Source: Mobula hypostoma (lineage: Eukaryota). From it: a stretch of DNA of 64,000 bases. This document shows positions 23,570 to 35,213 of this stretch, piece by piece (within the stretch, counting starts at the first letter, position 1; every line of letters starts with the position of its first letter). The translations under genes were made by a program, and so were the position numbers. Location of the stretch: positions 109,184,001 through 109,248,000 of the forward strand of contig NC_086097.1 in assembly GCF_963921235.1 (NCBI RefSeq). The letters are read 5' to 3'. The notes under the pieces were generated by a model, which worked only from the letters and a program-made list of their open reading frames with translations, did no database searches and was not told where the DNA came from.

Positions 23570-26545
23570 TGGGAAGGTACACATGGCCCTGAACAATTGT
23601 CTTTAGTTATTCTGGTCAAGAGATAAAGGGTTATGTTATTGATTCCTACCATGTAGGTACCAATGACATAGGTAAGAACAGTGACGATGCTCTGCGAAGT
23701 GAGTTCGAGAAATTAGGTGCTATGTTAAACAGCAGGACATCCAGGGTTATGATCTGATAATTACTACCTGTGCCACAGGCTACTGAGGCCAGAGAAAGGA
23801 AGATCATATGGTTTAGCTTGTGGCTAAGGAGTTGTGTAGGAGGGAAGGCATCAGATAGTTGGAAAATTGGGCTCTCTTCCAGTGAATGTGGGACTTGTAT
23901 AGAAAAGACTGATTGTACCTGAACAGGAGGGGTCTAATATCCTTGCGGGAAGGTTTGTTCGTACTGCATAGTGGGGGTGGGGGGAATTTTAGAGTTGTAG
24001 AGTGATGGAAACCAGAGTGCCAGAACAGATGGTAGAGAGGTTATGGAGACAGATGTTGTTGAGATCTCAGACAAAGTAAGGAATCAAAAGGTTGAGCATG
24101 GTGTGACTAATGTCCACAGCTGTTTATATTTCAATGCAAGAAGTATTGTGAGAAAGGCAGATGAACTCAGGGCATGGATCAACACATGGAATTATGATTT
24201 TGTAGTACTTAGTGAGACTTGGTTGCAGGAGGGGTAGGACTAGCAGCCCAGTATTCTGGGGTTCTGTTGTTTCAGACAGAACAGAGCAGGAGGGGTGGTG
24301 TTGCTAGTTAGGGAAAATGTCACAGCAGTACTCAGGACAGACCAAAGAACTTGTCTGTGGGTGGAACTGCAGATTAAGAAAGGTATGACCATGTTAATGG
24401 GGCTATATTACAGATGACCCAATAGACCATGGGATTTAGGGGAACAAATTTGTAGAGAGATCGCAGACTGTTGCGAGAAACATAAGGCTGTTATAGTAGG
24501 TGATTTTAACTTTCCACCTTATTGATTGGGACTCTCAAACTGTGAAATGACTAGATGGTAGAGATTTGTCAGATGTGTTCAGGAAACTTTCCTTATTCAG
24601 TACATAGAAGTCCCAATGAGAGAGTGTGCAATAATCTGCTAAAAGGAAATGAGGCAGGGCAAGTGACAGAAGTTTGTGTAGGAGAACAATTAGTGATCAT
24701 AATGCCATTAGTTTTGAAGTAAATATGTAAATAGATAGGTCTGGTCCTCACGTTGAGATTTCAAATTGGAAAAAGGCCAATTTTGATGGTATTAGAAGAA
24801 TTTGGGAAGTGTAGATTTGGACAAGTTGTTTCTCTGGCAAAGGTGTACTTGGTAAGTGTGAGGCCTTCAAAAGTGAATTTTTGAAAGGACAAAGCTTGTA
24901 TGTGCCTGTCAGAATAAAAGGTATTTTACACATTTAGGGAACCTTGGTTTTCAAGAGATATTGAAGCTTTTATTAAGAAAAAAGAAGTTGCACAGCAAGT
25001 ATAGACAGGCAATACAAATAAGGTATTTATGGAGAATAAGAAATGCAAGAGAATACTTAAGAAACTGGGAGCAGGGGGTGGGGTGGGATGCTAAAATAAG
25101 GCATGAGGTTGCCCTAGCAGATAAGGTGAGGGAGAATCCTAAGGGATTCTGTAGATATGTTAAGAACAAAAGGATAGCAAGGACAAAATTGGTTCTTTGG
25201 AAGATTAGAATGGTAATTCACCTGTGGAGCCAACAGATGAGGGAGATCTTAAATGGATTTTTTGTATTTGTATTTATTCAGAAGATGGACACAGAGTCTA
25301 TAGAAGTGAGGCAAAGCAGCAGCGAGGTCTTGGCCCTTATACAGGTTACAGAGGAGGAGGTGTTTGCTGTCATGAGGCAAACTAGGATGGATAAATCCCC
25401 AGGGCCTGACCAGGTGTTCCCTTGGACCTTGTAGAAGGCAAGTACAGCAATTGCAGGAGCCCTAGCGGAGATATTTGAATCATCCTTAGTGACAGATGAG
25501 GTACTGGAGGATTGGAGGGTAGCTAATATTGTTCCGCTGTTTAAGAAAGGCTCTAAAAATAAACCAGGAGATTATAGAGAGGTGAGCCTGACATCAGTAG
25601 TGGGTAAGTTAGGAACCCTGGAGGCTTGTGACTAGTGCGGTGCTGCATGGTTTGGTGCTGGGTCTGTTGATGTTTGTCATCTATATTAATGACCTGTATG
25701 ATAATGTGGTTAACCGGATCAGCAAATTTGCAGATGACACCACGATTGGGGGTGTAGTGGACAGCGTCGAAGACTATCAGGGCTTGCAGCAGGATCTGGA
25801 CCAGCTGAAAAATGGTAGATGGAGCTTAATGCAGTGAAGTGTGATGTGTTGCCATTCTCTGGGACCAGCCAGGGTAGGTCTTAACAGTGAATGTTCAGGC
25901 ACCGAGGAGAGCTGTGGAACAAAGGGATCTGGAAATACAGTCAATATTTTCATTGAAATTGGTGGCACAAGTCATAAAGAAAACTACTGGCATATTAGCC
26001 TTCACAAATCAAAATATTGAGTACATGAGATAGAATGATAAGACATTGATGAAGTCTAATTTGGAATACTGTGTGCATTATTGGTCACCTACCTACAGGA
26101 AAGATGTAAATACTTTGAAAGAGTACAGAGAAAATTTACAAGGATTTTGCTGGGACTAGAGGCCCCGAGTTACAATGAAAGATTGACTAGATTAAGACCT
26201 TATTCCTTGTAGAAGACTGAGGGGAGATTTGATAGTGATATACAAAGTTATGAGGGGTATAGATAGTGTAAATGCAAGCAGGCTTTTTCATTTGAGGTTG
26301 GGTGAGACTATGACTATAGGTCATGAGTTAAGGGTGAAAAGTGAGAAGTTTAGGGGGAACATCAGGGGACGAGCTATCAGCACAAATGATGCATACAAGC
26401 TCAGTTTCAAAGTTTAAGTAGAAGTTTGGATAAGTACCCGGGTGATAGTGGTATGAAGGGTTACCATCTAGGTACAGGTCGATGGAAGTAGGCAGCTCAA
26501 ATGGTTTAGCATGGACCTGTTTCTGTACTGTACTTTCCTATGACT
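23570..26545 (+). mobile_element. Degenerate CR1 (second subfamily): ORF1 end, APE and RT with internal deletion
   Basis: HVGTNDIG, CLYFNARSIVRKADELRAWI, DKSPGPD, SKFADDT; same subfamily as 48685-52250. Confidence 0.85.
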
Positions 26546-26547
26546 TT

Positions 26548-26810
26548 AAGGGGGAATCTGATAGGAGAGGACAGTGGACCATGGGAAGGAGGAGGGGCAT
26601 CAGAAAGAGATAATAGACAAGTGAAGAGAAGAGGTGTAAGAGGGGAGCCAGAAGGGATAAGATAGGAGCCCTCCCGTTTCCTTTCCAAAGTTGTTGATAG
26701 GTCTCATCCAAAATGCCAACTATTTATTCCTCTCCAAGAATGCTGCCTCTTCATCCTCCAGCATTCTGTGTGTGTCGTTCTGGATTTCCAGCAGCTGTAG
26801 AATCCCGTGT
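26548..26810. mobile_element. Penelope-like 3' UTR relic in inverted (minus then plus) arrangement
   Basis: 26548-26665 matches the PLE 3' UTR on -; 26666-26810 matches the PLE terminus on +. Confidence 0.6.
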
Positions 26811-27959
26811 TCATAATTTAGAACTTGCCTTCCTGCCATTTGGCACAGAAAGTTTGGATGGCAACCTACAGGAAGTCACCAGCAGAATGGCAGTGGTGGG
26901 ACCACAGGTGTTCACTTTCTGAAAGGCAATTGTTGATTCCTTCTTCCTGGAACCACTAGTGGTCATCTTTAAAGGCCTTTTTGAGTTTTGACAACCAGAG
27001 CCATTATGGCTTAGTTTGAACCAATGAACGAATTTGCAGCAATGAAGTCTGAGCTCCCGCCTGAGTATGCAGATGTTAGATGATTTCTGTTTGTGCCTAA
27101 TGGGAGCTGAGGCAGAATGTTGGAGGATTGATTGATCTGCAAGTATTGGAACCACCATGGCATGCACACTCTAAAGAATGGGTCCACAATCCTTGCAGAT
27201 TATGTGTGAAATTCAGCTTGTTTGTATCCCTTAATATTTCACACATTCTTCTGGAGTAAATTCAGGGATATAAACAACCCAATTCGCCCACTCATGACCT
27301 TTTGGGTTGGACATCTGCCTGCTTTAACCATCTGGCTAGTACATTACTCTTGGTCCACAGCTGTTCGCCAAAAAGGGAGTAGGCACTAGATTACTCAGTT
27401 CAAAAGCAATGATTATGCTCTCCTTATGAATGATTTCCTCACCATGTGTGTGAAAAAGTAATTAAAAGCCCCAAGCAGGATAATCAACACATCAACTCTC
27501 ATTACTCAGGCCATCAGCCAGCTTTGGAATGCTGCCACATTACAATTCTCGTTTTAGTTTTCTGGAGATGTTTTCATTTGAGTCCTTGCCTTCTGCTAAC
27601 TTGGCACCTTGGATGGTCTTTCCTTCATCCTATATGAGTCATACATACATCCAGTGATCCACAAAAGCAGATCCCAAATCTAAACTATTCTCTTTCACAT
27701 GCAGCATGCTAATTTCCAAAAGGGGAGCTGAACTCTGGAAAAGTAGTCACATCCTGGCCAGGTGGAAAAAGAAAGGCACATGAATGGGTTATGGTGTGAG
27801 GAGGGAGTGGTTTGAAATAAGGGATACAATTTGGGATGAGAGGAATGTAAAGGCATGGCTTAGACATGAGCTCTGTGCTGCCACCAGAGTGGTAGGTTGT
27901 TGGACCCTGGCTTGTCTGCAAGAAATATCATTTTGTTTCTTAAAAGAGAGAGAAAATAC

Positions 27960-28280
27960 AAGAGAGTGACAATCTGCTGGAGAAACTCAGTGGGTCAAGT
28001 AGCGGAAAGAAAGTAATTGTTGATGTTTCGGGTTGAAACCCTGCATCAGGACTGAGAGGGCAGAGGGGAGATGGCTAGTGTAAAGAAATGAAGTGGTGGT
28101 AATGGAGTCCGAGGTGGTTGATGCACTGAGGAGGTACTGACAGGTAGGCTGCGCCAAGTAGAGGAGGGGAGAAAATATGGAGCTGGGAGACAGTGGGAGG
28201 TGAATAGCAAAAGAAGCAGACAAAGAGGAGTGGGAGATTAAGAGAAAAGGAACAAAGAGCAAGCGGGAGGAGGAAGGAGT
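27960..28280 (-). mobile_element. Penelope-like 3' end relic with hammerhead remnant (28019-28054)
   Basis: Reverse complement reads CAGTCCTGATGCAGGGTTTCAACCCGAAACATCAAC...ACTTGACCCACTGAGTTTCTCCAGCAG. Confidence 0.7.
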
Positions 28281-28289
28281 GAACATTGT

Positions 28290-29282
28290 TGGTGCAGAAG
28301 GAGGGAGGAGTGGACATTGGAGATGCAGGAGGAAGGAGTGGACATTGGAGACGCAGGAGGAAGGAGTGGACATTGGAGACGCAGGAGGGAGGAGTGGATA
28401 TTGGAGACGCATGAGGAGGGAGGAGTGGATATTGGAGACGCAGGAGGAGGGAGGAGTGGACATTGGAGATGCAGGAGGGAGGAGTGGACATTGGAGACGC
28501 AGGAGGGAGGAGTGGACATTGGAGACGCAGCAGGGAGGAGTGGACATTGGAGATGCAAGAGGAGGGAGAGTGGTCATTGGAGACGCAGGAGGGAGGAGTG
28601 GACATTGGAGACGCAGGAGGAAGGAGTGGACATTGGAGACGCAGGAGGGAGGAGTGGACATTGGAGATGCAGGAGGAGGGAGGAGTGGACATTGGAGACG
28701 CAGGAGGGAGGGAGGAGTGGACATTGGAGACGCAGGACGAGGGAGGAATGAATATTGGAGACGCAGGAGGGAGGAGTGGACATTGGAGACGCAAGAGGAG
28801 GGAGAGTGGTCATTGAAGACGCAGGAGGAGGGAGGAGTGGACATTGGAGACGCAGGAGGGAGGAGTGGACATTGGAGACGCAGGAGGAGGGAGGAGTGGA
28901 TATTGGAGATGCAGGAGGAAGGAGGAGTGGACATTGGAGACGCAGGAGGGAGGAGTGGATATTGGAGACGCAGGAGGAGGGAGGAGTGGACATTGGAGAC
29001 GCAGGAGGGAGGAGAGTGGACATTGGAGACGCAGGAGGGAGGAGTGGACATTGGAGACGCAGGAGGAGGGACGAGTGGACATTGGAGACGCAGGAGGAGG
29101 GAGGAGTGGACATTGGAGACGCAGGAGGAAGGTGAGTGGACATTGGAGACGCAGGAGGAGGGAGGAGTGGACATTGGAGATGCAGGAGGAGGGAGGAATG
29201 GACATTGGAGACGCAGGAGGGAGGAGTGGACACTGGAGATGCAGGAGGGAGGAGTGGACATTGGAGACGCAGGAGGAGGGAC
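28290..29282. repeat. G-rich minisatellite, about 33 units, mostly 28 or 31 bp: GCAGGA(GGA)GGGAGGAGTGGACATTGGAGAC
   Basis: Directly visible tandem array; it explains the repetitive ORFs in all six frames. Confidence 0.97.
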
Positions 29283-29374
29283 AGAAGCAGCAAAACAAAG
29301 GTTCCAGTAGTGTATTCTGATGTAAAGGAGATGAGAAAGTGAAAGTGAACCATTAAAGAGACTCAGACTCATAC

Positions 29375-31670
29375 AGGTCAGAAGCAGACCCTTCGATCCA
29401 ACTGATCCATGCCAACATAGATTCCCATCTCGCTGTGTTTGGCTCAATTCTCTCTAAATCTTTCCCATCCATGTATCTGCCCAAGTACTTTTTAAAGGTT
29501 GTTAATGTATCTGCCTCAACCACTTCATCTGACAGCTCATTGCATATCCCGACCATCCTCTGTGTGAAATCTCTTCCCTTTCACCTTAAGCCTATACACT
29601 TTACTCTTGAATCCCAAACCCTGGGGCAGAAAAGATTGTGGATTCATCCTATCAATGCATCTCATAATTTTATATATTCTAAAGATCCCCCTTCATTACT
29701 CTGTGCTTCCATGGGAAAAGGTCCAAACCTGCTTGACCTTTCTCCATAACTCATTCTCTCAAACCCCAGCAACATTCTTGTAAATTTCTTCTGTACTTTT
29801 TCCAACTTAATGGCATCTTTCCTACTGCAGGGTGACCAAAACTGAACACAATGTTCCAACTGCAACCTCACCAATGTCTTATACAACTGCAACATAAATC
29901 CCAACTTTTATTCTGTGCTTTGACTGATGAAGGCCTGCGTGCCCAAAGCAATCTTCACTATTCTTTCTGCCTGCAACACCAGGAACTGCATACTTGAACT
30001 CAAAGGTACATTTAATGTCAGAGAAATGTATACAATATACATCCTGAAATGCTTTTTCTTTGCAACCACCCACAAAAACAGAGGAGTGCCCCAAAGAATG
30101 AATGACAGTTAGATGTTAGAACCCCAAAGTCCCCCCCAGCTCCCCCATCCTGCGTGTAAGCAGCAGCAAGCAACAACCCCCTCCCCCATCTGCAAAGAAA
30201 CCGCATCGGCACTGCATCCGAGCACTCAGCGTGAGCAAAGCAACAGCAAAGATACAAACTTGCAGTTACCCCAAAATCTTGCGTTTCACCCGGTATTCGA
30301 CATATCACAGGTTCTCCCTCTTTCTATTAAGGGAGAAAGAGGTTTCTCTATTTTCCCAACAAGTGGGGAGACATAACAAACAACTCGCTGGTTTACGATG
30401 TTAAAAGTCCATCACGTCACTTTTTATCGAGCTCTGTGCCCAAAAAACTGGGCACACAACTGCAGATATTCTGATTCCCCCGACGACACATGGGTCTCCT
30501 GTTGTGACACCGACCCCACGATCTGTCCGTCTCCAGAGCCCTGAGATCCTAGGCTTCTGAATCCGAGCCGGACTCTTAGGCTGTCACTGTCTATGGCATC
30601 ACCTATTTCAGTGTCATCTGAAAACTTACTCATCATTCCTTGTATATTTTCACCCAGATCATTACTATATGGATGAAAAATAGTTGTGAGCCAGCACCCA
30701 GCCCTAGGGAATAATGTGAGCCATGGGACTCCAGTCCAAAAAATAGGCTTCTACTGTCCCCCTCTGCTTCTACCACCATGCCAAGCCAAATCCAATTTGT
30801 CAGCTCTTTACTGGATCCCATGCATTCTAAATTTCAATTATAACCTACCATTTGGAAGCTGATTAAAGGCCTTACTGAAGTCCTCATAGACCCTGTGTAC
30901 TGCCCTGTCCTCATCAACCTGCTTGGTTACTTCTTCAAAGAAACTCGTTCTTCGGACATGATGTCCCAGTCACAAAGCCGTGCTATCTTTAATCAAACTC
31001 CGCTTTTCCTAATGCTGGTATATCTCATCACATAAAGGCACAGCATTTGCCACCAACCAGTCTTCCACCACTTCAACCCCACCTAAAAAGCCGACGCATA
31101 TCTAGCTTCCCACAATGATCTTGTGTATACTTGATCAGGCCCTGGAGATTTATCTACTTTAATACATTTAAAACATCTAATAGCTCCTCTGCTCTATTGC
31201 AGACTAGCTCTAAGACTTGTCATTAAATATCTCAAGGTCCAAAGTCCTTCTGCATGGTAAGGCCTTCATTATTTGTGTACGGCAACTTTCTGGAACACAA
31301 TTAACACATTGTACCCCATCTAAGGCCTTGGCACTATGGCAGTCCCATTCTATATTAGCAAAGTTAAAATCCCCTATGATGACACCCCTATTATTCTTGC
31401 AACTTCCTGCAATCTCTTTGCATGCTTGTTCCTCTAATTCCTGTTGACTATTTGGAGATCAATAGCACAATGCCAACAAAGAGACCATCTCCTTCTTGTG
31501 TTTCAGTTTCACCCATAATGCCTCAATGGATAATCACTTAGAATTTCATCTCAGACAACTGTAATGTTCACTTCAATCACAAATGCAACCTACCCCCTCT
31601 CTTTCATCCACCTCTACCCTATCTATAGCACCTGTACCCTGGAATTTTTAGCTGCCAGTCCTGTCCCTAC
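29375..31670 (-). mobile_element. Old CR1 fragments, with a nested LINE tail-like insert at about 29997-30585
   Basis: MLQLYKTLVRLQLEHCVQFWSP, SKFSDDTEIG, and APE remnants (GVIIGDFNFANIEWD). Confidence 0.7.
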
Positions 31671-32739
31671 CAAGAATATGGAGAGAATAACAAATGGGAT
31701 TCATGGAGAATTATAAATGCTTCATGGTCAGCACAGACCATGATGCCGAAAGTCCTGTTTCCTTGCTGTTTCCCCCTATAATTTCTATTAGTAACCATCA
31801 ATATATGTCCACCTAAGTCCAAAGTCTCTCCGTGCTAGCCCTTTCCACTTGTATGGCTATGTGTTAGTTGCTGTTGTATAGAAAATTGACATAAAATCAG
31901 TGTTCTGGCCTCTAGAGGCACAGTTCTTTTTGTATGAGTATCACATCCAACACTTAAGCAGTTTTTTTTACACTACTTCCTGCACAGTTTGTTTTAATTC
32001 TGATTTGAAGCATACAGTGGAAAGACATTCATCTCCATCCACTCATTATTTGCCCTTAAGACAACAGTATCTGTGAGTCTTACATTTTTGTTGATAGAAG
32101 TAGACATTTAATAGGTATATTTTGAACAAAGTCCCACGTTTAAGTTTATCTTTGCGCCACGTGTTTACTCTTTTTTATACGGCATAGTTATGGAGTGTTG
32201 CATACGTGTACTTCTGTGGTTAACACCTGTTGTGAGAATAATCAACAGCATTAGTATATTCAGGCATACAAAGATTCTGAATTGAAGCTAATACGCATTT
32301 TGCTTAGCTTTCTGCAGTTTCCCCCGAAAAAATCTCATTAAAAAACCCTCAAAGAAAGCTTCCACCTCGGGTGATTTTTGAGAAGTTATTTAGATAGCTA
32401 CATAGCTGTGTCCACATGCACAGTGTGGGCAGTAGAATTAGTAATCAGATGACTTGTCAACCTGTCTAGCAGACTGATGTGCCAACCAAACTGTACACTT
32501 CAAAATCTTTTACAAATGTGTTTTACACCAATCTGTACTCTGATGGATATCAGTGAACTGTGTTCTGCTGTACCTACTGTCCACTGGGTTTGGACAACAC
32601 AGTGGCACAGATGATAGAGCTGATGGAACTTCGGTGACCGAGGTTTAATCGGGACCACAGATGCAGTCCGCTTGCTATTTATATGCAGGAGACTGAGACT
32701 GGGTTTTCTATGCATAATCCAGTTTACTCCTCCATTCCA

Positions 32740-34115
32740 AAGGAAGGCAGGTCATGTTGAGGAAGCAGGGAGACTGCAGAAAGACTTAGACAGATTAGGA
32801 GAATGGGCAAAGAGATGGCAGATGAAATTCAGTGTCTCCAAGTGTATGGTCATGCACTTTGGGAGAAGGAATAAAAACATAGATCATTTTCTAAATGGGG
32901 AGAAAATTCAAAAATCTGAGGTACAAAGGTAATTGGCAGTGTTTGTGCAGGATTCCCTAAAGGTTAATTTGCAGTTTGAATTGGTGGTGAGGAAGGTGAA
33001 TGTAATGTTCAAATTCATTTAAAGAGGACTGGAATATACGAGGGGTGATTGATAAGTTTGTGGCCTAAGGTAGAAGGAGTCAATTCTAGAAAACCTAGCA
33101 CATTTATTTTTCAACATAGTCCCCTCCTACATTTATACACTTAGTCCAGCAGTCGTGGAGCATACGGATCGTGGACCTCCAGAAAATGTCCACAGATGTG
33201 TAACTGGTAAGTTCGTAGCCTAAGGTAGAAGGAGATGAGTTATACAGCTCTTGTTACATGCACATGCAGGTCAACTCTTTGAGTGATTATGCAGAAAGTT
33301 TGAAGTTAATAACTCATCTCCTTCTACTCTAGGCCATGAACTTATCAATCACCCCTGCTGTGGACACTTTCTGGAGGTCCAAGATCCGTATGCTACACAA
33401 CCGCTGGAATAAGTGTGTAAATGTAGGAGGGGACTATGTTAAAACATAGATGTGCTAGGCTTTCTCAAATTGACTCCTTCTAACTTAGGCTACGAACTTA
33501 TCAATCACCCTTTGTTAAAGCAAGGATGTAACGTTGAGGCTGCATAAGGCACTGGTGAGGCTTCACTTGGAGTATTTTGAGCAGTTTTAGGCTCCTTATT
33601 TAAGAAAGGATGTGCTGATATTAGAGAGGTTTGAGAGGAGGTTCACGAGAATGATCCTGGGAATGAAAGATTTATCATACGAGCATTGATCGAAGACTCT
33701 GGGTCTGTACTCACTGGAACTTAGAATGAGGGGAGATCGCATTGAAACCTATCAAATGTTGAAAGGGCTAGATAGAGTGGATGTGAAGGGAATGTTTCCT
33801 TTGGTGGGGGGAGTCTAGGACCAGAGGGTACAGCCTCAAAATAGAGAGAAGTCTATTTAGAACAGAGATGAGGAGGAATTTCTTTAGCCAGAGGGTGGTG
33901 ATTCTGTGGAATTCATTGCCACAGGCACCTGTGGAGGCCATGTTACTGGCTGCACTTAAGGCGGAAGTTGGTAGGTTCTTGATTAGTCAGGCAGTAAAGG
34001 TTATGGGAAGAAAGCAGGAGAATGAGGTTGAGAGAGGAAGGGAATAGCTATGATGATATAGCAGAGCAGACTCGATGGACTGAATGGCCTAATTCCATTC
34101 CTATGTCTTATGGTG
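32740..34115 (+). mobile_element. CR1 3' fragment interrupted by a MITE
   Basis: [24 protein letters not shown]...MHFGRRN; resumes after 33514. Confidence 0.85.
33039..33514. mobile_element. Mariner-derived palindromic MITE
   Basis: Starts CGAGGGGTGATTGATAAG after TA and ends CTTATCAATCACCCTTTG; ~200-bp inverted arms; the right arm encodes IRMLHNRWNKCVNVGGDYV (mariner C-terminal RW.KC...GDY motif). Confidence 0.85.
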
Positions 34116-34394
34116 TAAAGACACATTATTTGGTAGGTTTATTAGCAGAAGTAAAATTGCCACAGTGTGTAGGTGAACAGTAGATTAGGGAGAGTCTATG
34201 GGAAAACAGGAAGAATAAAATAGGATTAGAGTTATGAATTATCAATGAATACTCACTTGTTGGTGTGAACTTGGTAGATCAAAGCACCTATTTCTGTATA
34301 CTATGACTATGAAAACTTTGGCACTTCAATTTCTAGAAACTGAGTTACTATGACATTTCATTTGCTCCACTAACCATGATCGATATCACCAGAC

Positions 34395-34835
34395 AAGGAA
34401 AAATTCTGCAGATGCTGTTAGTCAAAGTAATACACACAAAATGCTGGAAGAACTCAGCAGGCCAGGAGCACCCATGGAAAAAAGTAAACAGTTTGCATTT
34501 CAGGCCAAGACCCCTTATCAGGACTGAAAAAGAGAGATGAAAAGTCAGAGTGAGAAGGTGGAAGGAGAAGAGAAAGAAGTACGAGGTGTGAGCTGGTAGG
34601 TGAAACCGGGAGAGGGAGGAGGGGTGAAGTAAAGAGCTGGGAAGTTGGTTGGTGAAAGAAATAAAGGGCTGGAGAAGGGAGAACCTAATAGGAGATGATC
34701 GAAGGCCTTGGAAGAAAGGGAAGGGGGCAGGAGAGCACCATGCACCATAGAGAGGTGATCGGCAGGTAAGGAGATAAGGTGAGAGAGGGAAGTGGAATTT
34801 GGGAATAGTGAAGGGGGGGGGCGGTAATTACCAGC
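34395..34835 (-). mobile_element. Penelope-like 3' UTR relic with hammerhead remnant (34489-34526)
   Basis: Reverse complement reads CAGTCCTGATAAGGGGTCTTGGCCTGAAATGCAAACTG, followed by the conserved terminus. Confidence 0.75.
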
Positions 34836-35213
34836 AATATCACATTTAGATACAAAATGATAATATTGAAATGCATATTTTAATGACTATCTAAATGTTA
34901 CACTTTGTAGTTTAAATAGTAGGGCTATTTTTATAACTATGCTTTCCCTCCATTGGGGTGGAACTTTTTAGTTGTTTTCCAACAAACTGCTGACTGATAA
35001 GGAAATTAGGTGAAATATGACTTGGTTCTAGACTCCAGCACTCAGTGGGGAATGGCAAGGACACCAAGTGATAGCTGTTGCTTTGGTGGCAAGCTAATCA
35101 TTTCCTACTGGCAATATTTCTTAGAGTCATTCAGTGGGTCCAATAGTGATGACTATGGTTGTCAATTTTAAACAAAATATTTTATTTTTATTTATTTATT
35201 GAGATACAGCACG

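Noticed and set aside
28290..29282. CRISPR-like array
   Set aside because: Units are contiguous with no unique spacers; eukaryotic context and no cas genes.
27987..29447. Long ORFs (486, 343, 259 aa and others) in all frames
   Set aside because: They are translations of a stop-poor minisatellite, with no codon or domain signal.
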